A stretch of DNA of 64,000 nt from Gammaproteobacteria bacterium (GCA_965217605.1 CBDCJB010000014.1:12407-76406); one strand, 5' to 3'. Shown: positions 30,145-40,733, counted from the stretch's first letter. Program-made: numbers and translations. The notes: generated by a model not told the origin, from the letters alone.

Positions 30145-31859
30145 ATGAATAAGCAACCTGTCCGCTCACGGCACCCGATCTTGTTCCCGGTTTTGGCAAT
30201 CGGTATCGGCCTGTTCATGGGCTTACTGGTCGCCGAGGGCGTCGCGCGCGTGCTCGAGTACCGCGCAGCGGCCCACAAGCCGCAACAACCTGCGGCCGGC
30301 TCCCTGCCGCAGACGCTCGTTACTACGCTGCGTCCGGCAACCCGCTACGGTTATCAGCCGACTCCGTGGTACGCACGTTTTGCGGGCCGCGCGGTCAACC
30401 TGCACTCGTTGCTTGTGCCTTTCAGCTCCATTGACTGCGACACGCAGTCAATGGGTGATCCGCCGCCCCGCTGCCGCGACGGCTACCAAAATTCGCACGG
30501 CTACCGTGTGCCCGAGTATACGCTCGCGCATCCGCCCGATACTTTCCGTATCGTGATCGTTGGCGACTCCTTTACCTGGGGCGACGGTGTTCGCATGGAA
30601 GAAACTTACCACCGCCGTCTGCAGGAACGTTTCGATCGTGCCCGCGTACCAGATGCGCCGCAGGTGGAGGTCATTGGTCTGGGCGTTAACGCCGCTACCG
30701 CCGTAGACAACATCATTCGCCTATTTGTATACGGTCAGCGGCTGGATCCGGATCTGGTCCTAGTGCAGTTCACCGACAACGACCTCGAGTACCAGAGCAA
30801 TCCGCATTTGCTGGCTCCCGAGCGCGTCCGCGACCCTGTGGACGCCGTTCTGGTGACCACCGCGGTCGGACGCATTTTGCGCAAACTGCGTCCGCGCGAC
30901 ACAGGCACGCTGCGCGACCCGTTTAACCTCCAAAGGGAAAGGAATATCACCCGGACGGACTTGAATGGACGATGTTTACAGGCGCGCTAGACGCGCTCGC
31001 GCGCTGGCGAACCGAGTACGGGGTGCCGGTCGCGTATCTCTCCTTTCCGCTCGTAGACGACGACATTGGGGGCCGTAACTTCGAGCACTACACCAGCTAC
31101 GGTGAGCTTTTTGAGAATCTTTCAAAGTTCGAACACGAGGTTGAGCGGCGCGGCTTTCCTGTACTGCGCGTAAACGACACGTTCCGGAGCCGCGCCGGCG
31201 ACCGCTACCTGGCTGTGAGTGAAATCAACGCGCACTATAATCCGCTGGCGCACCAACTCGCCGGCGATGCGTTGTTCGAGTTTCTCCAGAGCGCGGATTG
31301 GGTCGATACCCGTGGCCCGCGACCGCGAACCGACGATGCGCGCTGGCTGGCCGAGAGCGCATTGCGCCTCGACGCGGTCGAGCGTTGGTCTGACTATCAC
31401 CAGAGTTATGATGAGCAGTTCGAGTTGTTCTCTAGCCTTGGCGAGCTTTACCCAACCGATCCGTGGATCGCAAACACCCTGGCTTTCATCCACCGCGACC
31501 GCGGCGGTGAACACGAAACCTGCCGTAGCCTGTACGCGCGGCTTTTGGAGATCGACCCGCAACACGCGGCACCATGGAATGATATTGCCTTATGTACGAC
31601 CGATATCGATAAGCGAGAGCGGTTGCTCGTGCACATGCTCAACGTGGTCCCCGACCACGTCGTGGGCGCCGAGAATTTGGCTGCGCTGGATGCCCGCACC
31701 GCCCGCCTGCCGCGGGCCTGCGGTTGCTTTCGCCGTATGGCCGACCTGGCGCTCTATCCAAGCAGTTATAACCGGGCTATGGACGGCCTAGAGAAAAACC
31801 GGTGCCAAAAAGTACGTGTCGAACCGTGCCCGGGAGGCGACCCCCTGGCACTACGCTGA
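30145..31859 (+). pseudogene. SGNH/GDSL hydrolase + TPR protein, frameshifted near 30930-30945
   Basis: GDSFTWG, N..G..., LVQFTDND in ORF1; H-N-P block (INAHYNP) and TPR-like repeats in ORF2. The -1 frame is open from ~30933 (KGKEYHPDGLEWTMF). Confidence 0.65.
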
Positions 31860-32089
31860 GCATTCCTGGAGAGATTACTCCCCAGTCCTCGAAAGCGTTA
31901 ACGTTACCGAGCCGTAACTCAATCGTGTCGTTGAGGGCGGTTTCGCAGGCCCGCTACCAACCATTCGACGCTTAGAAAGTCGCGTGTTTAGCCATCGAGC
32001 AATCTCTGTCGATGGCGAGGAACGTTCTGGTAGCGGGCTTTAATTCAATTTATGGTGACAACACCCACCATAATTTCTGAGCAGGATGT

Positions 32090-33784
32090 ATGACCATGAA
32101 CCAGAGCCCCTACCCCCAGTTGAACGAGCGCGCCCAGGGTTGGTTAAAACATCTGTGGCGTAAAGCGACGACACCGGATGATTGGTCGATGAACGGCGAG
32201 CCCCATCCGTGGTGGGATCGCTATTCGACGCCGCCAATGGCCGCGTTTCCGCGCTTCGATCTGGCCGATTCGAGTTATGCGATGGCGGCGATGGCGGACA
32301 AGACGCCCGCTTGGCGCGAAGTGTATACACGCATTCTGGACGAGCTGGTAGAGCGTCACACGACCTTTTGGGCCTTTGTCGATTGGCTGACCCAAATCGG
32401 GCCGGACCCCGATCGCAAGGACTATCCGGAAATCTGGTACGAGTCGCTGATCCCGCAGCATTTGCGCGGTGAATACGACGTGCCGGGCTGGACGGCGAAC
32501 GGTATCGAACCCTGGGGACTACAACCCGATCCAATCGCAGCCGAAGGTGCCCTATTCATCAAGGGCTGGTTCAACCTGGTGATGGGCTTGTATCAATATG
32601 TATCCGGCGATACCAAATGGCATCGACCGTTTGAACTGACGGGCTACGAGGGTAAGAAATTCGAATGGACGCAGCCGCACGTGGCGGAAACCTTAGCGGA
32701 GCTATGCGCGAAACATCCCGAAGGGCTGCATTGCGAAAACACCAAGATCTGGCCGGCATGCATGAGCTCTGCCGGTCTGGGCCTGCAACTCTCGGATACG
32801 CTGACAAGCGCAAGCAATCACTGGGTCTACCACGAGTGGGTAGATTACGCGCAGAAAAACTACATGCATCGCAAGAAAAATGGTGAGCTCGATTGGCTGG
32901 CGATGTATTACGATCCGCTGATCGACTATCAGCACCGCGCAGGCGACGTCGGATTCGCGGGCCTCATGACCACCTGGTATATGTTGCCGCAAAAACAGGA
33001 ACTGGCCACGCGCCTGTATGAACTGGGCGCCGCCGAATTCTCGTGGAACAATCCGCGCGTCGCTGTGCCCGAGGTCATGGATCCGCGCCTGTGGATCCTG
33101 GGTTACTGTCTGGCAACCGAACTCGGGGACGACCTGACCGCCGCGCGCCTGCGGGATGCCTTTCACCAGGCCGCCGAGCCGCGGCATTTCGGCGATGACG
33201 ACGATGAATTCGGTTTTTTCTTCGGATTTGGCGAGGATTGGCCCAGAGGACAACTCAGCGCACTGTTAATGATGACCGAGGTCGGCGGCGTCGGTGCCTG
33301 GCAAGATATTTACAATAGCCCCAACCTCGCCAAATACGGCGAACCGACCGTTGAAGGCGTGGATTTTCCGGCGCTGGGCATTGCGCAGTCTTGGAACGAC
33401 CTGCAACACGGCATGTTGCAGGTATCGACCTACGCGGCCTCGTCGTCACGCCGCGGTGAGGCAACAATGTATCGGGTCACTCAACTACCCGATCCGGAAA
33501 CGGTATTCGTTCGATGTGACGGCAACGAGTTTACGCAGTGGCGCAAGCTCGATGAATCCAGCATCGAGATCACGACGAACGTCGACGACCATTCGTTTCA
33601 GATTTACACCGGCTACCACGCGGCAACGGATGCGCACGACGACTCGGCCGCCGTAACGCGACGGGCACGTGCCGATCACCCGGTGAATGCGCGGGCATTC
33701 GGCGCTGTGCGCACGCAGAGCATCAGTTCGGCGGTGTTGAATGTCGGCGCCGGGCCTGTTGGCTGCCCCTGCTGCCCGGGGTAA
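32090..33784 (+). CDS. Linalool dehydratase/isomerase (LinD)-like protein
   Basis: CENTKIWPAC has the same C-E-x7-C spacing as the LinD catalytic cysteine pair (recalled); aromatic-rich helical-barrel-like body; C-terminal GCPCCPG. Confidence 0.55.
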   Translation: MTMNQSPYPQLNERAQGWLKHLWRKATTPDDWSMNGEPHPWWDRYSTPPMAAFPRFDLADSSYAMAAMADKTPAWREVYTRILDELVERHTTFWAFVDWLTQIGPDPDRKDYPEIWYESLIPQHLRGEYDVPGWTANGIEPWGLQPDPIAAEGALFIKGWFNLVMGLYQYVSGDTKWHRPFELTGYEGKKFEWTQPHVAETLAELCAKHPEGLHCENTKIWPACMSSAGLGLQLSDTLTSASNHWVYHEWVDYAQKNYMHRKKNGELDWLAMYYDPLIDYQHRAGDVGFAGLMTTWYMLPQKQELATRLYELGAAEFSWNNPRVAVPEVMDPRLWILGYCLATELGDDLTAARLRDAFHQAAEPRHFGDDDDEFGFFFGFGEDWPRGQLSALLMMTEVGGVGAWQDIYNSPNLAKYGEPTVEGVDFPALGIAQSWNDLQHGMLQVSTYAASSSRRGEATMYRVTQLPDPETVFVRCDGNEFTQWRKLDESSIEITTNVDDHSFQIYTGYHAATDAHDDSAAVTRRARADHPVNARAFGAVRTQSISSAVLNVGAGPVGCPCCPG

Positions 33785-33804
33785 GGCATACAAGTTCTGA
33801 CAGC

Positions 33805-33943
33805 TGTCCGCTTCGGCTCGTGCGCTGCCGAATTTCGCCATTGCAACACTGCTAAGGGTTAGGTCTGCAAAACGCGCGTAAACGGTCGTCGAGTTGCTTT
33901 AAGCGCTGTGCGGGAGTCTGACTTCGGCTTGCGGCCAGATGCT
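33805..33943 (+). repeat. Composite intergenic repeat, copy A8
   Basis: gtccgcttcggctcg...gcaacactg...ttaggtctgcaaaacgcgcgtaaacggtcgtcga...tgacttcggcttgcggccagatgct. Confidence 0.75.
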
Positions 33944-33951
33944 TAGGGGAA

Positions 33952-34575
33952 TTAAAGGATCTGAGGAACAAATCTGTCCCGACGACTTCGCTGGGACCAG
34001 GAGAGCACTACTCCGAGCCCTCCAGCGAGAAGTGGAAATGGCGCTGGGATGGGGACTGTCACAACACCAACAGTCAGGATGTCCCCTCCATCGCTAAACT
34101 CGCCTAAATCTAATATGAAACCGCCATCGCCCTGAATTACTCCACGCAGCCAGCCGTAAATCAAAGGGTCAATAGACAAGCCGGATACCTTGACGTAGAA
34201 AATGTCGCCCGGCGTCATTTGGACGTTGCCACCGGAAAAGGGGAAATACGAGCCCGGGTTTATGATTGTCTCACCAAATATGGCTTGATCTACTGTGGAA
34301 TTTGCGTGCAAAGCAAAGAGATTAATGAAAGTGTTGTTGTTTACGAGAAATGAGGCCGCAACTCCCTCAATAGGTTCAAACGCGACGCCCAGGACTGTGC
34401 TTAATTGGATGGGTGTCAGGTAGAAATCCGTCCAGTAATGGCAATCCGTTAAGAATTCGCAGGCGATGGCGAAATGGGTCAGATCGTTCGCGTTACGAGG
34501 TATATATATCGTCGACGAGGCCGGCCGCCATGCCGACACCGCGAGCAAACACACTAATAAGGTCAGACGCCTCAT
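33952..34575 (-). CDS. Secreted protein with PEP-CTERM/VPLPA-CTERM-type tail
   Basis: Signal peptide; VPIPAPFPLLAGGLGVVLSWSQRSRR. Confidence 0.7.
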   Translation of the reverse strand: MRRLTLLVCLLAVSAWRPASSTIYIPRNANDLTHFAIACEFLTDCHYWTDFYLTPIQLSTVLGVAFEPIEGVAASFLVNNNTFINLFALHANSTVDQAIFGETIINPGSYFPFSGGNVQMTPGDIFYVKVSGLSIDPLIYGWLRGVIQGDGGFILDLGEFSDGGDILTVGVVTVPIPAPFPLLAGGLGVVLSWSQRSRRDRFVPQIL

Positions 34576-34749
34576 TTCCCGTCCTCCCGCGCCACTCTCA
34601 CGTCGGTTCCACAGGGCCGCTTCGATAATACCGTTTCAATAGCTGCGATTACTAGAGATTCTAGGCAGTGTAAATGTAACGAATCGTGCCAACCAGTCTG
34701 AGCGCGCATGAGAAACATTCGGCGTTAACCCGAATTTTTCAGACCTCAA

Positions 34750-34833
34750 ATGTCCGCAAAGGGTTGAGCCGCCTGATCTCGGCAGCGCAGCACTGTTATA
34801 AGTTACGTCTGCGATCCTCTCGTAAGTAGCCAT
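34750..34833 (+). repeat. Composite intergenic repeat, copy A9
   Basis: atgtccgcaaagggttgagccgcctgatctcggcagcgcagcactgttataagttacgtctgcgatcctctcgtaag. Confidence 0.8.
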
Positions 34834-35007
34834 CCCGGATCGAAACTAAGTTATCCTCGACGCGTAAGCACCCGTGGCGCATAAGCTGAAAGAGATCGGC
34901 GATCATTTCGGTCTGCATAATTCGTTGATCCACCGAAACATCAGAATCTCCCATGACAGCAAGGCATAAGGCAAGGCCTGGTACGGTACCAGTTTGGTTG
35001 GGGGTAT

Positions 35008-35352
35008 CTAACGTGACAGCGGGCTGGAGCCGCGAAAAATCATCGTTTCGATCACCGTCTGCTCTGAACCACGCAGTTCGTTTCCACGCGGTTCGTCTCG
35101 TTTAACGCATTTGTTTAAGTAGATGGGCGGAGGTAATTTACCGGCTGCTTCATACTTTGCTGCTTGAATTTGAATTCTCTCGGCCAAAGGCTTCTCGCAA
35201 TCCTCTTCAGTACTAAGTTGGCTAAGCTGGGAGCTGCCCGGATCGCTCAATGTTTTTCCCTGGTTACCGACTTGGCGCGCACCGTGGTTATAAGTCGCAG
35301 TCGTACACCCGGCGGCCAACACGCACAACGCACAGATGACTAGTTTTCGCAT
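35008..35352 (-). CDS. Small lipoprotein
   Basis: MRKLVICALCVLAAGC lipobox (LAAG/C); IS3 copy 2 is inserted 9 bp upstream of the ATG. Confidence 0.65.
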   Translation of the reverse strand: MRKLVICALCVLAAGCTTATYNHGARQVGNQGKTLSDPGSSQLSQLSTEEDCEKPLAERIQIQAAKYEAAGKLPPPIYLNKCVKRDEPRGNELRGSEQTVIETMIFRGSSPLSR

Positions 35353-35402
35353 AACACTACTTGGAGTTGCCCCGTTTCCGTGGACGGTATGGCGCTTGGG
35401 TT

Positions 35403-36251
35403 TCAAGCAGCCTGTTGATAATTATTTTCATAGTTTAGCGGTGATTGCTGACCGAGGGATGAGTGACGACGGTGTGGGTTGTACCCGCCTTCGATGAACG
35501 CGAAGATCGCCATCTTCGCGTCGGCCTGCGTCTTGAAACTGTGGCGGTCGATGAGTTCGCATTCGAGCGTCGCGAAGAAGCTCTCGGCCATCGCGTTATC
35601 GTAGCAATCGCCGACCGATCCCATCGACGGTTGTACACCCATTAACCGGCAGCGCTTGCCGAAGGCGAACGAAGTGTACTGGCAGCCCTGGTCACTGTGA
35701 TGGATCACATTCTTCGGTCGACGCTGCCATAGCGCCATGTTGAGCGCCTCGAGCACGAGCTCAGTGCGCAGATGCGTCGCCATCGACCCGCCTACGACGC
35801 GCCGACTGAATGCATCGACGACAACCGCCAGATACACGAACCCCGCCCACGTCGGCACGTCGGTCACGTCAGCAACCCACAGTGCGTCCGGCCGCGAAGC
35901 CACGAAGTGACGCTCGACCAGATCCGGCGCCGGGCGGGCATCGTGATCGCGGCGTGTCGTGCGCGTCCTTGTGCGTCGACTCACCCCGGCCAAACCCCAT
36001 TCACGCAGCAGCTTGGCGACGCGCTTGCGACCCACGTGCGTCCCCTCATCCGCACGCTCGGCGTGAATACGCGCTGCCCCATAGGTGCCTCGACTCCAGC
36101 TGTGGATGGCCTGGATACGTGCCTTGAGTTGCGCGTCGCGCTTCGACCGCGCTGAGGGTTCACGTGTCCGACACGCGTCGTAGCCACTCGGGGAGACACC
36201 GAGTAGCCGGCACATCGGCGCGATCCGGTAGGTGGCCTGATTCACGCTCAT
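35403..36251 (-). CDS. IS3-family transposase OrfB
   Basis: Near-identical to 8943-9791, with several substitutions including W>G. Confidence 0.9.
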   Translation of the reverse strand: MSVNQATYRIAPMCRLLGVSPSGYDACRTREPSARSKRDAQLKARIQAIHSWSRGTYGAARIHAERADEGTHVGRKRVAKLLREWGLAGVSRRTRTRTTRRDHDARPAPDLVERHFVASRPDALWVADVTDVPTWAGFVYLAVVVDAFSRRVVGGSMATHLRTELVLEALNMALWQRRPKNVIHHSDQGCQYTSFAFGKRCRLMGVQPSMGSVGDCYDNAMAESFFATLECELIDRHSFKTQADAKMAIFAFIEGGYNPHRRHSSLGQQSPLNYENNYQQAA

Positions 36252-36556
36252 GAACGCGAAGATTTCCTCGAATCGGTCTCCCGAGCGAACCAGGCCGTGG
36301 CTTTTGAAAGGATCTCCCGTTCCTCACGTAGCCGCCGATTCTCCCGACGCAGACGCCGCAGTTCTTCGCGTTCGGCAGTGGTCAGACCGTCGTTGCGGCG
36401 ACCTTCATCACGGTCGGCCTGCGCGACCCCGTTGCGTACGGTCTGTGCGGTCGGCTCAAACTCGCGTGCCAGGTCTTCCGGGCTGCGGCCCGCCCGTACC
36501 CGTTCGATCATCGGTTGCCGGAAGGCCGGTGGATAGGCAGTTCGTGTTGTGGGCAT
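36248..36556 (-). CDS. IS3-family OrfA
   Basis: HTH + coiled-coil LTTAEREELRRLRRENRRLREEREIL; ATGA overlap with orfB. Confidence 0.9.
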   Translation of the reverse strand: MPTTRTAYPPAFRQPMIERVRAGRSPEDLAREFEPTAQTVRNGVAQADRDEGRRNDGLTTAEREELRRLRRENRRLREEREILSKATAWFARETDSRKSSRS

Positions 36557-36932
36557 CGTGGAATCCTCCTTCTAAAAGGGTCAGGTATCCACGAAAGCGG
36601 GTCAACTCCAACTCGCTCAAACCCTTTCTAATGTTAACGGTAGGACGCCAGCAAAGAAACACAACTTACAAAACACCAACCCAAAGGTAATCGCCAGTTA
36701 ATTGGTTCCTTGGCGCTCATCCCCTTCATTTTGTAAACGGATTCACAAAGTATAGCGGCCGCCGCCGATACAGTTATGGCGGAGGTCAGAGTGAACCTGG
36801 CCGACATGACGCGATTGATGAAAATCCGGCAACGCGACATCCATATACAAAAGCGGCCTTCGTACTAGGTAAGCTTGGCGTTTCAGCTCATGGTTTCGGC
36901 GTCGAGCCGAAAGGTTGAGTGCGCCGAGCTAA

Positions 36933-37637
36933 CTAAAACTCGAATCCGAATTCTTCAATATCACCAGAAAAGTAGGCCCGTACTTTTTCCTGACTCTCCC
37001 GGCTGTAATACGATCGGTACGCAGCATGGTTTGATTGATTTAAACGGGGAAGCCCGACAGATTGCAGCTTAATCTTCCGACACACATGATCGAACCCCTG
37101 TTGTAGATTCTCGTATCGGCCAACAAAATCGACCAATATCGTCCCATCCAGATCACTCAGCCAATCCTTCTGTGAAACGGGCCGCTTGTCTCTAAACGCG
37201 CTGCGTTTACGGCTTGCTGATTCGGTTAATCCATCCCGGGCAACCCAATCGACGAATTCATCAAACGACATATCTTTCGTCTGGTTGTAAAACATGTGCC
37301 GCCACGGCCGACCTGTATACGGATTCACCTCAGATTTCGTAAAAAAAAAATACAGCGATACCAACCAATCCCATGAATTCCTGACAAATGCGAATTTGAA
37401 GTAGCTCTCAAATCGGTTTGGTCCGAGCTGTTCGACAATATCAAGCGCGTAATCGTGTCTGTGGTTCGAGTCGAGTTGCAGGCCGAGATGCTTGCAATAA
37501 GGTGATAGGCGGGTTTTCAGGTAGTCGGCATGGTCAAACAGGTTTCTTCGGCGCACGCTATTCAGGGCAGCGGTCATGCTTATACCGCCACTTTTCCATA
37601 CGTGGACGAAGACGAATCTGTGGTGATGCGAGACCAC
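36933..37637 (-). CDS. Sulfotransferase family 2 protein
   Basis: SH...FVFVHVWKSGG.S (5'-PSB), FAFVRN.WD.LVS (3'-PB), DFVGRYENL. Confidence 0.85.
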   Translation of the reverse strand: MVSHHHRFVFVHVWKSGGISMTAALNSVRRRNLFDHADYLKTRLSPYCKHLGLQLDSNHRHDYALDIVEQLGPNRFESYFKFAFVRNSWDWLVSLYFFFTKSEVNPYTGRPWRHMFYNQTKDMSFDEFVDWVARDGLTESASRKRSAFRDKRPVSQKDWLSDLDGTILVDFVGRYENLQQGFDHVCRKIKLQSVGLPRLNQSNHAAYRSYYSRESQEKVRAYFSGDIEEFGFEF

Positions 37638-37788
37638 CGTTGCATTATATATAGGTGGTTCTCAGCGTTCCGGACGTAGTCCGGCTCGCTAAGCAGATCA
37701 CGCTCACCCAACCGCTTAAAGACAGCGGGGCTTGCCAACCCGACGCAGCCCGTGGGATGCTCGCGATGCAGATCCGGAGGAACCCACG

Positions 37789-38355
37789 ATGTATACACGT
37801 GTCAGCAAGGTCCCGGCCGATCAGGTCGACGACGGCATCCGCGCCCTGATGGCCGCATCCGAAGAGGCGCTCGGCGGATCCGAGTGGATACAGGTGATGG
37901 CGCAATCCCCGGAGCTCTACAAAGACTTCGCGCGCTTTTACTACGACCACGTCATGGTCGACCGCGAGGGGCTGACCATTCGACTCACGGAGTTGGTGCG
38001 TCATCGCGTAGCCATACACAACGAATGTTTTTTGTGACAAGGCGTCGTATATCCCTCGGCGAGGGATCAAGGTGTGACCGACGAGTTGATTACCGCCGTG
38101 CGTAACGACCCCCAAGGCGATCGCTTTGACGAACGCGAGAAGGCGGCCTTCCGCCTGGTCGACGTGCTCGCGGGCGACCACCACAAGGCGAGCGACGCCC
38201 TTTACGACGATCTGCGCGAGCACTATACCGAACGCGAAATCATCACCCTTGGCTGGCGCATTTCCATGTTCGTCGGATACGGGCGCCTACTAGCCACCCT
38301 CGGGATGGACACGGTGGGCGAGGCCTGCCCGCTGCCGAGGGCCGTGGGGAGCTAG
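37789..38355 (+). CDS. AhpD/carboxymuconolactone decarboxylase (CMD)-like selenoprotein (CxxU), UGA at 38035-38037
   Basis: Two track ORFs (37732-38037, 38074-38355) are in the same frame. Read-through gives ELVRHRVAIHNE-C-F-L-U-QGVVYPSARDQGVTDE, placing TGA at the second Cys of the AhpD/CMD CxxC. A hairpin follows. Confidence 0.8.
38044..38079 (+). promoter_or_regulatory. Candidate bacterial SECIS element
   Basis: Upper stem atccctc/gagggat (38051-57/38061-67) with a G-starting loop ggc beginning 21 nt after UGA; possible lower stem gtcgtat/gtgtgac. Confidence 0.65.
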
Positions 38356-38383
38356 CTCGAAGACGGGTGCCGAACGACGCGGT

Positions 38384-38782
38384 TCACCCCGTAAGCCATT
38401 CCACGATGTCGTTACGCGACCCGAAGTAAGCGGTTGGAAATTCACCCGGACCTTCAGGCGCCGGTTCCTGACCGATCAGGGGCATGCCACTGGGCATGTG
38501 GAAGGCGAAGCGTTCGACACCGGCCGCGTTGTAGCGCGGAATAACCGCCGTATCGCGCCATTCAGCGTTCATCAGCGCCGGATCCATTCTGAATTGCGTG
38601 GTGTCGACCAGCACCCGCCGGCGACCGCGTCGTTCCAGTTCCGTTACGAAACCGGTCAGCCACGTCTGGAACTCGTCGCCGCTCATCGCGGCCGTCGAGT
38701 CGAACCACCTGATTTCGATCACCCCCATTTCGGTGCGATCGATGATGTCACCGAATTCGTCGCCGTATACGTAGTCCGCCAT
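38384..38782 (-). CDS. Hypothetical protein (possibly STAS/SEC14-like alpha/beta)
   Basis: 132 aa with good codon context; divergent from the LysR gene. Confidence 0.6.
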   Translation of the reverse strand: MADYVYGDEFGDIIDRTEMGVIEIRWFDSTAAMSGDEFQTWLTGFVTELERRGRRRVLVDTTQFRMDPALMNAEWRDTAVIPRYNAAGVERFAFHMPSGMPLIGQEPAPEGPGEFPTAYFGSRNDIVEWLTG

Positions 38783-38884
38783 CTTCTAACACCTCGCCTG
38801 GAATGCAGTCGTCACTCGATGCGCCTATATAAAGCGAAATCTTCTTTTTCTACAATGGAAAATAATTCAATATAATATTCCAAT

Positions 38885-39790
38885 ATGGAAATTAAGAGGT
38901 TGCGCCTGTTTCGCGCGGTCGTCGAGGCCGGCGGCGTCAGTCGCGCTGCGGAGTTGATGCACGTGACGCCCGGCACGATCTCCAAGGCCCTGCGTCAAAT
39001 CGAAGCGGACGTCGGGCGCGTTCTGTTCAAGCGCGAAGGACGCCGCCTCGTGGTCAATGCCGCGGGCGAGCGCTTGTACCGCGAAAGCGCGCAGTTGATC
39101 GACGAACATGCGCGCGTGCGTCGCTGCCTGGACGATCTGGAAGAACCGCACGGCGACGCTTTGCGGATCGCCTCCTTCGAGGTCTTCACGACCTATTGTC
39201 TGGCCCATAATCCGACGCTCGAGGCTACCCCCGCCATCGTCCACGAGCTGCCGGTCGAAGAGATCGGCGAGGCCGTGCGGGTGCGGGAAGCCGATGTGGG
39301 CGTGACCTAAGTACCCGTTCCGCACAGCGATCTCTCGTTTAGACGAGTCCGCCGCATCGGCTTCGGTTGTTACGCACGGGTCGGCCGCTTCGAAGACCAC
39401 CCGTTCAACGAGGTGCCCTTCGCGGTACCCGTACACCGCATTCGCGGCGCGATTGCCGAATTGTCGGCCGTTGACGGATGGCCTTATGGCCGCGTGCGGC
39501 GCCTGGTCCGATATCGGCTTACATCGCTGGAATCGGCGCTGGCCTTGGCCCGCGCAGGCCTGTGTGCGGTCTTCATCCCGCATTTCATCGCGGGGCTGCA
39601 CAATCGATCGGCCAGCGCCGAAGCGCGCTTGCGGCGCCTCGCCGAACCCCGCCGAATGCCGCAGTCCGCACAGTGGGTCCACGCCGTGACCCGCACGGAC
39701 GCCGAGGAGGTACCGGTCGTAGAATCCTTTCTGCAATGCCTGAGCCGTGTCATTACCGATGGTGAACGGGCGATTCGAAATGGGCGCTGA
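38885..39790 (+). pseudogene. LysR-family transcriptional regulator with in-frame TAA at 39308
   Basis: LysR HTH (LRLFRAVVEAGGVSRAAELMHVTPGTISKALRQIE). The downstream ORF is in the same frame (ADVGVT*VPVP). Confidence 0.8.
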
Positions 39791-39856
39791 TGGCCCTGGC
39801 GTCGATGTATCTCAATCACTCCGTACGATGGCGCTCCTGTTACTAGAAGTGGATAC

Positions 39857-40684
39857 ATGATCCGAGACCTCAGCGAAGCGGCGCGGACGCTAGTAGCGCC
39901 GAGGATTGTCTTGTTCGACTGGCACGCAACGTTGGTGGATACCCTCGACGCGATGTATCACGCGGTCGATGACATGCTGCCGCGCATTCCCGAACTGGGC
40001 TTATTTGATCGCCTCGTTCCGAGCGCGCTGTCCAAAACGCCGGAAGATGCCCGGCTCGTCGACTATGTGCGCCAGTATCAGGCTTTGCATCCGCGCATCA
40101 AGGCGGAACGCAAAATCTCACGCACGGATATTTTCGAGGTGCTGTTCGGATACGACGACGAGGCTAAACGTATCGCGCACGAAGCGTTCAACGATGCATA
40201 CGCCGATCATTATGGCGAAGTTCACCCGTTTGAAGGCAACGAACGGGCCCTGTTATTGGAGTTGCACGAGTTCGACGTAAAGATCGGAGTGCTCACGAAC
40301 CGCGAACGGGAATTCTTTGATCACGAGTTGGCCGTGGTCGAAGGCGGTTCATGGGTGGGATTGTTCGATACCGTGGTATGCGGTGGCGATACACAACGGC
40401 GCAAGCCCAGCCCGGAGCCCATCTTTAAGGCCCTCGCCAATATCGGCGCCTTCCCGAGCCCCGAATGCTGGTACGTCGGTGACAGCACGACGGACGTCGC
40501 GGCGGCGAAACGCGCCGTGAGCACCTCGATTTTTTTCAACGGCGCCGGCTGGGAGCGCGCCTGGCTCGATAAAATATTTCCAGGTACGCCAGCTCATCCC
40601 TATCAACCGGACGCGATCGTCGACAGCTTCGCGGAATTCAGATGGCTGTTCGAAGAATGCCTCTCGATCGAGCATAGGGCGTGA
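39857..40684 (+). CDS. HAD-superfamily hydrolase (phosphoglycolate phosphatase-like)
   Basis: LFDWHATLVDT, LTN, RKPSPEP, YVGDSTTD. Confidence 0.9.
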   Translation: MIRDLSEAARTLVAPRIVLFDWHATLVDTLDAMYHAVDDMLPRIPELGLFDRLVPSALSKTPEDARLVDYVRQYQALHPRIKAERKISRTDIFEVLFGYDDEAKRIAHEAFNDAYADHYGEVHPFEGNERALLLELHEFDVKIGVLTNREREFFDHELAVVEGGSWVGLFDTVVCGGDTQRRKPSPEPIFKALANIGAFPSPECWYVGDSTTDVAAAKRAVSTSIFFNGAGWERAWLDKIFPGTPAHPYQPDAIVDSFAEFRWLFEECLSIEHRA

Positions 40685-40702
40685 GCGCTTTACATGGATG
40701 AT

Positions 40703-40733
40703 CCCGGATTCCGCTGCGCTCCATCCAGGCTAC
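40703..40733. repeat. GTAG-type REP element
   Basis: cccggattccgctgcgctccatccaggctac; same family as 47208-47278. Confidence 0.8.

Larger units (their letters stand above)
35362..36610 (-). mobile_element. IS3-family insertion sequence, copy 2 (1249 bp)
   Basis: TG...CA ends, 3-bp target duplication act (35359-35361 / 36611-36613), orfA 36248-36556, orfB 35403-36251. Confidence 0.95.

Noticed and set aside
30925-30975. Programmed -1 frameshift in the SGNH-TPR gene
   Set aside because: The purine run caaagggaaagg is not a correctly phased X XXY YYZ heptamer; mutation or sequencing error is simpler.
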